Of a stretch of DNA of 64,000 nt, positions 10,657-27,229 are shown in pieces. Each line of letters opens with the position of its first letter. Position 1 is the stretch's first letter. A program made the translations under genes and the position numbers. The notes beneath the pieces are model-generated. The model was not told the DNA's origin. It saw only the letters and a list, made by a program, of their open reading frames with translations, and made no database searches. The DNA comes from an uncultured Acidobacteriota bacterium (lineage in GTDB: Bacteria; Acidobacteriota; Blastocatellia; RBC074): contig CAWCKY010000006.1 of the NCBI GenBank assembly GCA_963796275.1, forward strand, positions 2,336,001-2,400,000. Reading direction: 5' to 3'.

Positions 10657-12042
10657 ATGAAATTTCGCGCATTGTTGTTATTTGTATTCGCCGCGTTGCC
10701 TGTAGGTGTGGGCGCGGATGGCTTGCGCGTCGGCGCCGCGGCGATTGTGATTACGCCTCCCTCGGGCACGCCGCTGGCGGGTTACTACTACAAACGCCTT
10801 TCGGATGGCGTGCTGGATGACCTTTATAGCAAGGCAGTGGTTGTCGAGCGAGATGGGATTAAAGCCGCGATTGTCGTGCTCGACCTCATCTCGCTTCCGC
10901 GCGCAGTCGTCGAAGCTGCGCGCAAACTGATCGAATCGCAGACGGGGATTCCCGGCGCGAATGTAATGATCGGCGCGACACACACGCACACTTCGCCCGT
11001 CGTCTCGGAAAATAGAACCCGTGGCGTGCTGGACGGCGGCGATACGGAACCCGCGTTGCGATACACTGCGGCGCTGCCCGGGCTGATTGCGCAAAGCGTC
11101 GCTGAAGCGAATAAGCGACTCGCCCCGGCGCGTGGGAGCGCAGCAATTGCGCGCGAGGAGGCGATAAGTTTCAATCGTCGCTTCTGGATGCGCGACGGGT
11201 CGGTCAGTTGGAATCCGCCAAAGCTGGACAAAAACATCATTCGTGCAGCGGGGCCGATAGATCCCGAAATCGGGTTTCTCTACTTCGAGACGCCTGATGA
11301 GAAGCCGATCACGACAATCGTCAACTTCGCACTACACGCCGACACCGTGGGCGGGACCAGGGTTTCTGCTGATTACGCAGGGCAGTTGTCGCGGCTGCTC
11401 GGCGAATTCAGGGGCAGGGAAATGCTGACGCTCTTTGCGCTCGGCGCTTGCGGCAACATCAACCACCGCGATGTGTTCTGGCGAGACAGGCAGAAAGGGA
11501 TCAATGAGGCATTTCGCATCGGCTCTGTGTTGGCGGGCGCGATTAACCGGAGCTGGGATGATCTGAAGCCATTTGACCCGGGCGCGATTCAGGTGCGGAG
11601 CGAACTGGTCAATCTGCCGCTGGCGCCGATCACAGATGGAGATGTGATGCAGGCCGACGAAGTCTTCAAACGCGTGAATACTCCGCAGACGAAATTCATG
11701 GAGCAGGTTAAGACGTTTCAGGTGCTGGATGTTAAGGCTCGGCAGGGGCGCCCGCTCGAAGTCGAGGTGCAGGTGATCACGATAGGCAGGGATGTGGCCT
11801 TCGTCTCTTTGCCGGGCGAAGTCTTCGTCGAGTTGGGCATCTCGATCAAGAAAGCCTCTCCGTTTCCGTACACAATGATCGTTGAGCTGGCGAACGGCTC
11901 CATCGGTTATATCCCGAACAAGTCTGCCTACCCTGAAGGTAACTACGAAGTCGTCAGCGCGCGCTGCGCGGCCGGGTCGGGCGAAATGCTGGTGACGACG
12001 GCGGCGAAGATGCTCGGCGCAATGTTCGAAAGCGCGCGATAA
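10657..12042 (+). CDS. Neutral/alkaline ceramidase-like exported hydrolase
   Basis: GGAGGA RBS; signal peptide; PLAGY, ATHTHTSP, FNRR, NFALHAD, GACGNIN, LPGEVF, ELANGSIGYIP motifs. Confidence 0.78.
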   Translation: MKFRALLLFVFAALPVGVGADGLRVGAAAIVITPPSGTPLAGYYYKRLSDGVLDDLYSKAVVVERDGIKAAIVVLDLISLPRAVVEAARKLIESQTGIPGANVMIGATHTHTSPVVSENRTRGVLDGGDTEPALRYTAALPGLIAQSVAEANKRLAPARGSAAIAREEAISFNRRFWMRDGSVSWNPPKLDKNIIRAAGPIDPEIGFLYFETPDEKPITTIVNFALHADTVGGTRVSADYAGQLSRLLGEFRGREMLTLFALGACGNINHRDVFWRDRQKGINEAFRIGSVLAGAINRSWDDLKPFDPGAIQVRSELVNLPLAPITDGDVMQADEVFKRVNTPQTKFMEQVKTFQVLDVKARQGRPLEVEVQVITIGRDVAFVSLPGEVFVELGISIKKASPFPYTMIVELANGSIGYIPNKSAYPEGNYEVVSARCAAGSGEMLVTTAAKMLGAMFESAR

Positions 12043-12112
12043 TCCAAACCATTTCGACCGCTGCATATAATTGAATCACACGATTCGAGCGACCGGTGGT
12101 CCCCCGACGAAT

Positions 12113-14833
12113 CTAGTCATGCCTGAGCGCCAACATGGGATCTACTTTGGCCGCCTGACGGGCCGGAATGTAGCTGGCCAGGAGGGCCACTGCTATGAGA
12201 AGCGCGGTGACCGCGATTAGCGTCAGCGGGTCGCCGGGCTTGACGCCATAGAGCAAGCCGGATAAGAAGCGCGTCAGGCCCAGGGCACCGGCAATGCCGA
12301 TCGCCACGCCGAGCAATGCCAGCTTGATTCCCTGGCTGATGACCAGCTTGAGGATTTCATTTTTTTCCGCCCCCAGCGCCATGCGAATGCCGATCTCCCG
12401 CCTTCGCTGTGAAACCGAATAGGCGATCACGCCATAGAGGCCGACAATGCCGAGGAGCAGCCCCATAGTCCCGGCGACAATCAGCATCACGAGCGTGAAC
12501 GAAGTACGCGCCATCGACCTGGTGTAGTAATAGTTCAACGTGTTGACCTCCGCCAACGGAAGATAGGAGGCGACTGACCACACCGCTTGCCGCATCTCGT
12601 TGATCAAGCCTTCCGAGCCGGCGCGTGGGCTGCGGACGGTGAAAGTCGCGTTGCGGAGCGCATAGTCCTCGAAGCCCGGGTTGCCCCCGAAGTTGGCTGC
12701 TATGATCGGCCAATAGACGGAAGCCGGCGCTTCCTTATCCACTCCATCCTGGCGAACATCTCCCACGACACCGACGACCTCTCGCCAGTCGTCAGTCTGG
12801 CTCGCCCGGACTTGCTTGCCGAGGGCGCTTGCAGGGGCACCCCAATACTCGCGCGCGAATTTTTCTGAAACAATGGCTATCAGACCCATGTTGTAGATGT
12901 CGCTCCAGGTGTAATCGCGGCCGGCGAGGAGCGGCGTGCCTAACGTTTTGAAAAAGCCTGGCGCAACGAAATGGAATCGGCATGTCGGATTCTCATCTGG
13001 AGCGTGGGCGCTGTTTCTTGCGTAGATTATGTCCGTCCAACCAGCGCCACCACCAATGGGGATAGCTCCGGAAAGGCCTACCGAGGAGACGCCCGGAATG
13101 GCCTCGATCTTGTGCAACATCTCCTCCTCAATGCGAAGCACGTGTTTTGGTTCTTTCACCTGTGCGTCGCGAATCGCAATGCGGAATGTCTGCAATTCCG
13201 CAGGAGGCGCAGTGAATCCGAGATGGACTCTGGTCAGGGCGCGAAAAGTGCGAATCATCAGTCCCGAGCTCACGAGCAGGATAAGCGCCAGCGCCACCTG
13301 TATGATCACCAGTACGCCGCGCAACCGATGCCGCTCGCGGCTTTCACTCATTGAACGTTCGCCCGCACGCAGTCCGGTTCCGAGACTTGCACCCGCGTAT
13401 TTGAAGACAGGGGCGGAGCCGAAGAGCAGACTCGCAGCCAGCGATACCGCGAGCGTGAACAGCACGACGTTTCCATCAACACCGATTTCATTGAGGCGAG
13501 GCAGGCCTTGTGGTGCCAGGGCGACTATGACTCGCAAGGCTCCGTAAGCCAGTCCCAGGCCGAACAATCCGCCGAATACCGCCAAAATCAGACTTTCAAT
13601 GAATAACTGCGCAGCGATGCGGCCCCGGCTCGCTCCCAGCGCAGCGCGGATGGCCAGCTCATGCCTGCGCCCCTCAGCCCGGACCAGAAGAAAGTTGGCC
13701 AGATTGGCGCAGGCGATGACCAGTACCAGGCTGATGCCGCCCAGCAGAATCCACAAGACCTTGCCCACGTCCCCCACCACCTCCTGCTTCAGCGAACGGA
13801 GGCTCGGCCTTAGCTTCCAGTCTTCAAACATTTTGAGACTGTAACCCGGCGCCGGTGGGAAACTTCTGTCTACAATGGGTAGCATGCGCGCCACGTCAGC
13901 GTTGGCCTGCTGAAGCGTGACGCCCGGCTTGAGCCGGGCAATCCCCACATATATCATCGCTCCCAAGTAGGTCTTCTCGCGATTTATCTTCGTGGGCAGA
14001 AGCATCGCCAGGTTGGTTTGGTCCAGGAAGCGAAAGCCCTCCGGCAACACGCCGATGATCATGTGCAGCTTGCCATCCACTTCGATCGCTCTTCCGATCA
14101 CTGAAGGGTCGCCGCCGAACTTGCGGCTCCAATAGCCGTAGGTCAGGATCACCGTATCCGCGCTGTCTGGGGAATCGTCCGCCCGCGTGAAAGCGCGTCC
14201 GATCAGCGGTGTAACTCCCAGAATAGGAAGCAGGCCATCTGTCACACGGAGAGCCGGCACGCGCTCGGGCTCCCCAAGACCGGTGACGTTCACCGAGTAG
14301 CCATTAGAGAGACCGATGTTCTGAAAGGCGCGGCTCTGCTCGCGAAAAATAATGTAGTGTGCTGCAGTTATATCCGTGTCCTGGATGCCAAGCCCGTCAG
14401 CTGTGAATCTGACGGAGACCAGTTCTTCTGGATGAGGATAAGGCAGCGGCTTGAGCAAAACACCGTTGACTACGCTGAAAATAGCCGTGTTCGCGCCGAT
14501 GCCGAGCGCCAGCGTGAAGACGGCAATCAAGGTGAAGCCGGGTTTCTTCAGCAACATTCGCGCGCCATAGCGCAGGTCCTGAACCAGCGTTTCAATCGAA
14601 TTTAGACTCCACATCTCGCGACTCGCCTCCTTCAGCCAGGTTTGATTGCCGAATTGCCGCCGGGCGGCGTAACAAGCATTCTCCGTCGACATTCCGGTTT
14701 TTAGGTTCTGCTCGATCTGCAATTCGAGATGGAGGCGCATCTCCTCTTCCATCTCGCGCTCCAATCTTCCCCTGCGGAACAGAGACAACAGCAGACGCCA
14801 GAGTTGTAAAAGATGTTGGAATAGCTTGTTCAT
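12113..14833 (-). CDS. ADOP (acidobacterial duplicated orphan permease), MacB/FtsX-type ABC permease
   Basis: [63 protein letters not shown]. Confidence 0.93.
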   Translation of the reverse strand: MNKLFQHLLQLWRLLLSLFRRGRLEREMEEEMRLHLELQIEQNLKTGMSTENACYAARRQFGNQTWLKEASREMWSLNSIETLVQDLRYGARMLLKKPGFTLIAVFTLALGIGANTAIFSVVNGVLLKPLPYPHPEELVSVRFTADGLGIQDTDITAAHYIIFREQSRAFQNIGLSNGYSVNVTGLGEPERVPALRVTDGLLPILGVTPLIGRAFTRADDSPDSADTVILTYGYWSRKFGGDPSVIGRAIEVDGKLHMIIGVLPEGFRFLDQTNLAMLLPTKINREKTYLGAMIYVGIARLKPGVTLQQANADVARMLPIVDRSFPPAPGYSLKMFEDWKLRPSLRSLKQEVVGDVGKVLWILLGGISLVLVIACANLANFLLVRAEGRRHELAIRAALGASRGRIAAQLFIESLILAVFGGLFGLGLAYGALRVIVALAPQGLPRLNEIGVDGNVVLFTLAVSLAASLLFGSAPVFKYAGASLGTGLRAGERSMSESRERHRLRGVLVIIQVALALILLVSSGLMIRTFRALTRVHLGFTAPPAELQTFRIAIRDAQVKEPKHVLRIEEEMLHKIEAIPGVSSVGLSGAIPIGGGAGWTDIIYARNSAHAPDENPTCRFHFVAPGFFKTLGTPLLAGRDYTWSDIYNMGLIAIVSEKFAREYWGAPASALGKQVRASQTDDWREVVGVVGDVRQDGVDKEAPASVYWPIIAANFGGNPGFEDYALRNATFTVRSPRAGSEGLINEMRQAVWSVASYLPLAEVNTLNYYYTRSMARTSFTLVMLIVAGTMGLLLGIVGLYGVIAYSVSQRRREIGIRMALGAEKNEILKLVISQGIKLALLGVAIGIAGALGLTRFLSGLLYGVKPGDPLTLIAVTALLIAVALLASYIPARQAAKVDPMLALRHD

Positions 14834-14843
14834 CGCACGCGAC

Positions 14844-17519
<2,676 letters not shown>

Positions 17520-17529
17520 TCGTGATCAC

Positions 17530-20193
<2,664 letters not shown>

Positions 20194-20212
20194 TCCGTAT
20201 ACTCACTCGCCG

Positions 20213-20539
20213 CTAGGCTGTTTGCAGTACCTTGGCGATGGCCTCAGTCAGCCGGTTATAGGAGGAGACTTCGCCCTCCAACTGTTTGCGCCCCGTCCTC
20301 GTCAGTTTGTAGTACTTGGCCCGCCGGTTGTTCTCCGACACTCCCCATTCCGCCTTGATCCACCCCTTCAGTTCCATGCGGTAGAGCGCCGGGTAGAGCG
20401 AGCCTTCGCCGATCTGGATCACTTCGTCGGTGAGCTGGCGGATGCGCAAGGCGATAGCGAACCCGTGCATCGGATCCTGGCTGAGCGTCTTGAGGATCAG
20501 CATGTCGAGCGTGCCCTGGAGTATGTCAACCTTGGTCAT
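20213..20539 (-). CDS. PadR-family transcriptional regulator (acidobacterial, ADOP-associated)
   Basis: LQGTLDMLILKTL..PMHGF, GSLYPALYRME, WGVSENNRRAKYY; GGAGGAG RBS. Confidence 0.93.
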   Translation of the reverse strand: MTKVDILQGTLDMLILKTLSQDPMHGFAIALRIRQLTDEVIQIGEGSLYPALYRMELKGWIKAEWGVSENNRRAKYYKLTRTGRKQLEGEVSSYNRLTEAIAKVLQTA

Positions 20540-20734
20540 GTCACGATCTCCTCCCAATGAAACCCTGTCGGATAAAAGTTCGAGCGAAGTCTCGCAGAAC
20601 TCACATCGAACGTCAAGGGAAGAGGCCGCTGGCCAGACGAGTAATTACTCCAAGAATGGCTATTTGATTGATAAATGTAAGTAATATCGTGAATATTATC
20701 GGCGCAAAGCCTTCTTTAGAGTATCTAGGTCAGG

Positions 20735-20910
20735 GCGGTTGTCGGTTGTCGGGTGTCGGTTGACGGTTGTCGGTAGACAGTAGACGTCGCGAGACGGGCA
20801 ATCGATAGTCGGTTCGTAATATGATGAGAATTGATTCGCTTGACAAACTCTTTGCAGACTCTATTCCTGAACCGGCAACCGGCAACCGGCAACCGGCAAC
20901 CGCCAACCGA
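20735..20910. repeat. Two heptamer tandem arrays in inverted orientation: (TGTCGGT)n ... (ACCGGCA)n
   Basis: 20735-20785 GGTTGTCGGTTGTCGGGTGTCGGTTGACGGTTGTCGGT; 20870-20910 ACCGGCAACCGGCAACCGGCAACCGGCAACCG. Confidence 0.85.
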
Positions 20911-21254
20911 CTGCCATACCCCCCCGCCAATAAGCGCCGATGCCGATTAATTTGCATTTCTGATGTAAGAGCGTGTAGCATCTCTGCTTGTGGCTGTGAT
21001 CGGATCGAAATTGCGAAACTACTCTACAGCTTTGGTCGCCTATGATTGTCCGCTAAAAATGAGTTACACGCGTCCGTCAATGACTGAACCGCCATCGAGA
21101 CAGTATTGGCGTAAGGGCGTGCTGTGACATATCTCTTCCAAAAACTTTCTAAATCCACCATCAAAATGGGCAACGCGAATGTGAGATACAAGCTGCTCTC
21201 TATTCGGCTTCTGTGTTTGGAAAATAGCGGACAATGTTTAGGAGAAGATTGAAA

Positions 21255-22346
21255 ATGAGTTTGACCAATCAACAATTGGCGCGTTACGGCTGGAACGATT
21301 TCTTCGCCGCGCATTTTCACGATTTCCTCGAGCGTGGATACACACCCGGGCGCGTCGCGCTTGAATACAATCAGTTCTATCGCATTTACACCGAGCAGGG
21401 CGAGATATTGGCCGAAATCGCCGGACGATTGAAGCACGAGGCCGAGAGCCGTGCCAGCCTTCCAGCCGTCGGTGACTGGGTGGTGCTGCGCGTAATTGAA
21501 AGCGGAAACAAAGCCGTGATTCATGCCGTGTTGCCGCGCCGCAGCAAATTTGTGCGCAAGACCAAAGGCTCCAGAACCGAGGCGCAGGTCGTCGGAGCTA
21601 ACATCGACACCCTCTTTCTAGTCACATCGCTCAATCAAGATTTCAATACGAGACGAATTGAGCGGTACATGACCGTCACACGGGAAAGCGGCGCGAGCCC
21701 CGTCATCGTGCTGACCAAGACCGACCTTTGTGACAATGTGGAGGCGAGAATCGCGGAGATGGGGGGTGTCGCAGCGGGGGCGCCTATTCACTCCGTTTGT
21801 GCGATCAAGGGTGAAGGGCTTGAATCTCTCGAGCAATATTTCAGTCCGGGCAAGACGATCGCGCTGGTTGGAACATCTGGCGTAGGCAAGTCAACCTTGA
21901 TCAACCACCTGCTCGGTTTCGACCGGCAGAAGACCAAAGATGTCCGCGAACACGATGATCGGGGACAGCACACGACGCACCATCGCGAACTGATCCCGCT
22001 GCCGAACGGTTCGATGGTTCTGGATACTCCGGGCATGCGCGAGTTACAGTTGTGGGATGTCGAGGAGGGCGTGGAGATGACCTTCGAAGATATCGAGGGG
22101 CTAGCCGCGCATTGTTATTTCAGTGATTGCAAGCATAAGACCGAGCCGCGCTGCGCCGTGCGCGCGGCTCTGGAATCAGGCGCGCTCAACGCCGGGCGTT
22201 TCGAGAACTATCTGAAGATGCAGCGCGAGCTTGATGATTTGGCACGCCGCCAGGATCAGCTTGCGCAGCGAATCGAAAAAGACCGCTGGAAGAAACTATC
22301 GAAGATGGCCGAAGAGAGGTCGAAATCAAAGCGTAAGGGAAAGTAA
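21255..22346 (+). CDS. rsgA: Ribosome small subunit-dependent GTPase A
   Basis: PAVGDWV, LTKTDL (G4), GTSGVGKS (G1), GQHTT, DTPGMRE, Zn motif CYFSDCKH..EPRCAV. Confidence 0.95.
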   Translation: MSLTNQQLARYGWNDFFAAHFHDFLERGYTPGRVALEYNQFYRIYTEQGEILAEIAGRLKHEAESRASLPAVGDWVVLRVIESGNKAVIHAVLPRRSKFVRKTKGSRTEAQVVGANIDTLFLVTSLNQDFNTRRIERYMTVTRESGASPVIVLTKTDLCDNVEARIAEMGGVAAGAPIHSVCAIKGEGLESLEQYFSPGKTIALVGTSGVGKSTLINHLLGFDRQKTKDVREHDDRGQHTTHHRELIPLPNGSMVLDTPGMRELQLWDVEEGVEMTFEDIEGLAAHCYFSDCKHKTEPRCAVRAALESGALNAGRFENYLKMQRELDDLARRQDQLAQRIEKDRWKKLSKMAEERSKSKRKGK

Positions 22347-22510
22347 TGCGATGATTTTACTGCGATGTTCTGGTTGAGATCAGTCGCGAGGGATGTCAAT
22401 ACGCCAGAGATGCGCCTCAACATCGGGTTGGAACGGAATGTTTGAGGGATATCCACTCGGTTAAGGTCGATTTTGTATTGCGTTCTCCTTCGTTTTACAA
22501 TGTGAAACGC

Positions 22511-23293
22511 ATGAAAGATCGATTCATTGAAACACCAGCGTCCGGCGTGCGCGTTCTGCACAAGACGCTGAACATCCTGGAGACGCTGCGCACGTACAGT
22601 GCCGGACTATCGCTCTCCCAATTAACGGCGCGAGTCGAGCTTCCGAAACCTACCGTCTATCGGATCGTGGCGACGTTGGAATCCCGCGGGTATCTGGATC
22701 GAACCTCGGAAGGGAATTACCGTCTGGGGAGAAAGTTTTTCGAGCGACACCCCGAGGGGAACGATCAACAGGCGCTGATTCAAGCCGCTCGGCCGGCCAT
22801 GAAAGAGCTCCTTGATTCCTGCAAGGAGACCTTAAACCTTGGCATACTCGACGGGGGCGAAGTGGTGATCATTGAAACCCTGGAGAGCCCCCTGACAGTG
22901 CGGATGTCATCAAAGATCGGCAATCGACGCTTTCCGCACTCGACTGCGCTGGGCAAGGTTTTACTCGCAGCCTTGCCGGAGAAGGATGCCCATCGCATCG
23001 TGCGGGCCAGGGGACTGCCGCGGTTCACGGACCATACCATCACCACCTGGCGCTCGCTGGCGGTCGAGCTTGAGAAGGTGCGTCAGCAGGGATATGCCTT
23101 TGATAACTGTGAAAATGAGCCGGATGGGCGATGCGTCGCCGCTCCGATTTTCGGTTCTGGCGGGAGCGTCGTCGCTGCCCTCAGTATGTCCGGGCCATTG
23201 CCTCGGATGACGATGCCCCGCGCGCGCGCTTTCCTTAAAACACTATGCGAGACGTGTAAGGCGATATCGGATGCGATCGGCGGCAACGGCTGA
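22511..23293 (+). CDS. IclR-family transcriptional regulator
   Basis: wHTH LPKPTVYRIVATL; HSTALGKVLLA; QGYAFD..ENE...CVAAPI. Confidence 0.93.
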   Translation: MKDRFIETPASGVRVLHKTLNILETLRTYSAGLSLSQLTARVELPKPTVYRIVATLESRGYLDRTSEGNYRLGRKFFERHPEGNDQQALIQAARPAMKELLDSCKETLNLGILDGGEVVIIETLESPLTVRMSSKIGNRRFPHSTALGKVLLAALPEKDAHRIVRARGLPRFTDHTITTWRSLAVELEKVRQQGYAFDNCENEPDGRCVAAPIFGSGGSVVAALSMSGPLPRMTMPRARAFLKTLCETCKAISDAIGGNG

Positions 23294-23485
23294 GAGCGTT
23301 TATTGAAAGCTTATTGAAGCCCTGAAGGGCGTGATACGGTTCGTATATGGCTTCGGTACTCACGCCGGATTTCACCCACCAATGACATTTTTCTTGACTT
23401 CGATCTTTGTCGTCTCTATTCTCTGTTTCGAAATCCGAATATAAGCATTTCACAATACGAAACAATTTACGATCAGGAGAGCGCC

Positions 23486-26400
23486 ATGAAATCTGCCGAA
23501 GAGCTCAGATTCGGAATGGCCTGGTTCTGGCTGATTTTAGTGCTGGCCAATCCCGCCCTGGGACAAGAGACACGCAGCACGATCTACGGGCGCGTGTCGG
23601 ACCCACAGAGCACATTGATCGCCAGGGCGAGTGTGATAGTAAGCAACATCGAAACCGGCGTCTCGATTACGATAACGACCAATGAAACCGGCTACTTTGA
23701 AGCGCCGCTGCTTTTGCCGGGCAAATACCGGGTGAGCGTGGAGATGCCCGGGTATAAAAAGTCGGTCAAAGACGGAATATTGCTACCGGTCAGCACAAGA
23801 TCAGAGATCAATTTTCGGCTTGAATTGGGGGAACTGGCCGAGAGCGTCACGGTGACAGCTGAAAATCCTCTCCTTGACACGAGCAATATCTCATCGGGTC
23901 GAATCCTGGATAACCGCAATTTGATGGACCTGCCCTACTTCAATAACAGCCCCGCGCTGTTGGTGAAGATTACGCCTGGAGTCCAAAGCAGCGGCGAGCG
24001 TCGTTACAACGGGGTCAACGCCTTGGGCGGTGTTTCAGATCACCGGGTCGCCGGTGGAGTCGGAGGAAGTGAATATTCAATTGACGGCGCTCCGAACGCA
24101 GGGTCCGGGTATCAAGCAGCCTATCTGCCTTATTCCGACACGATTCAGGAAGTTAAGATAGAGACATCGAATTTCGATGCCGCGGTAGGCCACAGCACAG
24201 GCGCCAGCGTCTCCCTGATGACCAAGTCTGGGACGAACGCCTATCATGGAACCTTGACCTGGCAGCACTGGCAGCAGCGATGGAATGCGGCCAGGTTCTT
24301 CACCAACACGCTCCGCAACCGGCAGATCGCCGCCGCCGAGGCCGCAGGCGACCAAAGCCTGGCTGAATCTTTGCGCGCGCAGCCGGGCCAACCTTCCGGG
24401 CATTCCAACAACTACGCGGGGTCGATCGGCGGTCCACTGGTGATCCCCAAACTTTATAATGGCAGGAACCGCTTGTTTTTCTTCGTCAGTCTCGACGGGT
24501 TCAAGGATAAGAAGCCGGCTGAGTTCGGGGTTAACCGCACGCTGCCGACGCCGGCCAATCTGCAGGGTGACTTCTCGGACCTGCTCAAGATAGATCCGGT
24601 GCGTTATCAGCTATATGACCCGCTTACCGTTAAGCCCGACCCCAACCGCCCGGGTCATGTTATCAGGGACCCATTTCTAAACAACATCATCCCGCCCGAC
24701 CGTATCGTCAACCCGGCGTACCATCATTACGTCAGATTCTTGCCCCGACCGAACAATAGCCCGGTGGATCCCAGGCTGGAGCCGACCAACAATTACCTGG
24801 CTGTGGCCATGCCGTTTGATTGGACATATAACGCCCTGGCCAATCGGCTGGACTATGTTCACTCTGAAAAACATCGCTTCTTCTTCAGGTGGAACTGGCT
24901 CAAGTATCGCGAAGACCGCCTGGATTGGACCTACGAATCGGCTCGCGGATTACACAAGGACGGAGTCAACCGGAACAATCGCAGCGGGACCGCGGACTGG
25001 GTTTACACCCACAGCAGCCAGACTGTTTTCGATTTCGTGATCGCCGCGAGCGATTTCAAAACAGGCCCATTGTTCGAGGTGCCCTTCACGTTCAAACCAT
25101 CTGACGTGGGTCTACCGGCTTACATCGACGCAAAGGCCGGCGACCAGCACGTTCTGCCCTCAATGAGGTTTGTGAATGCGATGAATGAGACGGTCTACGA
25201 GACGATCGGCCTCAATGTTCCGACGTTCACCTACTTTCAGACCATCAGCGGCAAGGTCAACGTGTCTCATGTTCGGGGCAACCATTCGCTACGCGGCGGA
25301 TTTGAAATGCGCCAGTTCTACCGGTTAGGCGGAGGGGGAGGGAACACCTCCGGTAATTTCGGTTACAGCAACATCTTTACTCGCAAGGATGATGATGGCT
25401 TCTCTCCTGCCGGCGAGCTCGGCCATAGGTGGGCCGCATTCATGCTGGGATTGCCGAACAGCCTGACCATTGATACAAACGACGACTATGCGACGAATAA
25501 CCCTTACTATGCCTGGTACATTCAGGATCAGTGGCGTGTGACTCCGAAACTGACCGTGAATCCAGGATTGCGCATCGAGTATGAACTTGGAGCAACGGAA
25601 CGCTATAACCGCATGATCGGCTATCTCGATCCTGCGGCAAGGTTGCCGATCACGGACGCGGCCCTGGCGACTTATGCTCAAAATCCGATTCCCGAGTTGC
25701 CGGCCTCGGGGTTCCTCGTAACGGGAGGCGCTCTCTATCCCGGAGCAACCGGCTTGGACCGAAGATCGTTCAAGAACGAACTTATGTGGTTGCCCCGGTT
25801 CGGAATGGCCTACCAGATCGGTTCCAAAACGGTCCTCCGTGCCGGGTATGGAATCTATTTCGACACCATCAACGTGCTCAACCAGGAGCCTGATCAATCC
25901 GGCTTCAGTCAAACGACTTCCAGCATATTAACCAACGATTTTGGGCAGAGCTGGTTGCTCGGCGATCCGCTCAATGGCATCTCGCCGCTGACCGACCCGT
26001 TTCCTGTGCGGGGTGATGGAACGCGTTTCAATGTTCCTACGCGTGACGCGCTCGGGTTGATGGCCCGGGCCGGACGCGGATGGACATTCATCGATTTCAA
26101 CTCGAAACGGGCACGCCAGCAGCGTTGGAGGATCGGTGTGCAGCGGCAATTAGGGGCCAACATAGTGATTGAGGTAGCTTATGCCGGATCTTACTCAGAT
26201 CGAGTTCCCATCTCCAGGAGACTCGATTTTTTGCCGGAGCAATTTTGGGCAGACGGGTTGGTTCGCAACGGCGCCATCGCTACAAATCTCAACCGCAATG
26301 TGTCCAATCCTTTCAATATAAGCAATTTCTCCGGGCTGCAATCCTCCGATCCGGGGCTTTACCAGGAAATGTCCCGCCTCGGATTCTTCTCCAGCCCCAC

Positions 26401-27154
26401 TATCCGCAAGCATCAATTATTACGGGCCTTTCCGCATTTCAATGGCTTGACCCAGGCGCGTACCCCCCTCGGAAAAGTGCGAACCGATGCTTTGGAAGTC
26501 ACCTTCGACCGGAGGTTTTCCAATGGGTTCACCTTAAGCGCCAACTATACCAGGCTCCGCAACGACACGGCGGACTTCTTTCTCAACGAGTATGACGAAC
26601 TACCGACCTGGCGGCAGTCAAATTTGGGAAGACCGCACCGTATCGCCGGGTCGGGCATTTTCGAGTTGCCGTTGGGAAAGGGAAGGCGATGGGGTAAGAG
26701 TGGCGTCTGGAATTCCGTGTTCGGTGGATTCCAGATTGCCGCAACCTTTGAATGGCAGCCCGGCCCCTTGCTCGATTGGCCCAACCTGTTCTTTTACGGA
26801 GACCCCCAAGAGATCAAGACGAATGGGCGGAATCTAGAGCAGTGGTTTACGACTGACAATTTCGAACGTAACGCTTCCAGTGCGCCTGCCGCGTTTCACC
26901 GCCGGGTCTTTCCTACGAGGATTGATGGAGTGCGAGCGGATGGACTCAACCGCTGGGATACCAATATTCAACGGAAATTCAGAATCAACGAGAAGTGGAC
27001 GCTCGAACTAAGGTTGGACGCTTTGAATCTGTTTAACCGCTCACAGTTCAGCGCTCCCGTCACCGACCCCATCATGACGAATTTCGGGCAAGTCGTTGGT
27101 GAAGAGGCCACGACCAAGCGATTTCTACAGATTCAGGCCCGGATCAGATTTTAG
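23486..27154 (+). CDS. TonB-dependent receptor, Oar-like, with N-terminal carboxypeptidase-regulatory-like domain
   Basis: Signal peptide; GRVSDP, TKSGTN, YIQDQWRVTPKLTVNPGLRIE, PRFGMAYQ, C-terminal RIRF. Confidence 0.92.
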   Translation: MKSAEELRFGMAWFWLILVLANPALGQETRSTIYGRVSDPQSTLIARASVIVSNIETGVSITITTNETGYFEAPLLLPGKYRVSVEMPGYKKSVKDGILLPVSTRSEINFRLELGELAESVTVTAENPLLDTSNISSGRILDNRNLMDLPYFNNSPALLVKITPGVQSSGERRYNGVNALGGVSDHRVAGGVGGSEYSIDGAPNAGSGYQAAYLPYSDTIQEVKIETSNFDAAVGHSTGASVSLMTKSGTNAYHGTLTWQHWQQRWNAARFFTNTLRNRQIAAAEAAGDQSLAESLRAQPGQPSGHSNNYAGSIGGPLVIPKLYNGRNRLFFFVSLDGFKDKKPAEFGVNRTLPTPANLQGDFSDLLKIDPVRYQLYDPLTVKPDPNRPGHVIRDPFLNNIIPPDRIVNPAYHHYVRFLPRPNNSPVDPRLEPTNNYLAVAMPFDWTYNALANRLDYVHSEKHRFFFRWNWLKYREDRLDWTYESARGLHKDGVNRNNRSGTADWVYTHSSQTVFDFVIAASDFKTGPLFEVPFTFKPSDVGLPAYIDAKAGDQHVLPSMRFVNAMNETVYETIGLNVPTFTYFQTISGKVNVSHVRGNHSLRGGFEMRQFYRLGGGGGNTSGNFGYSNIFTRKDDDGFSPAGELGHRWAAFMLGLPNSLTIDTNDDYATNNPYYAWYIQDQWRVTPKLTVNPGLRIEYELGATERYNRMIGYLDPAARLPITDAALATYAQNPIPELPASGFLVTGGALYPGATGLDRRSFKNELMWLPRFGMAYQIGSKTVLRAGYGIYFDTINVLNQEPDQSGFSQTTSSILTNDFGQSWLLGDPLNGISPLTDPFPVRGDGTRFNVPTRDALGLMARAGRGWTFIDFNSKRARQQRWRIGVQRQLGANIVIEVAYAGSYSDRVPISRRLDFLPEQFWADGLVRNGAIATNLNRNVSNPFNISNFSGLQSSDPGLYQEMSRLGFFSSPTIRKHQLLRAFPHFNGLTQARTPLGKVRTDALEVTFDRRFSNGFTLSANYTRLRNDTADFFLNEYDELPTWRQSNLGRPHRIAGSGIFELPLGKGRRWGKSGVWNSVFGGFQIAATFEWQPGPLLDWPNLFFYGDPQEIKTNGRNLEQWFTTDNFERNASSAPAAFHRRVFPTRIDGVRADGLNRWDTNIQRKFRINEKWTLELRLDALNLFNRSQFSAPVTDPIMTNFGQVVGEEATTKRFLQIQARIRF

Positions 27155-27229
27155 GAGCCGGAGCGATCGATAATCCGGCTCAGGCCGCTTAACCATAGTC
27201 AATCAACTTAAAATTTAAAGGATGCACCT

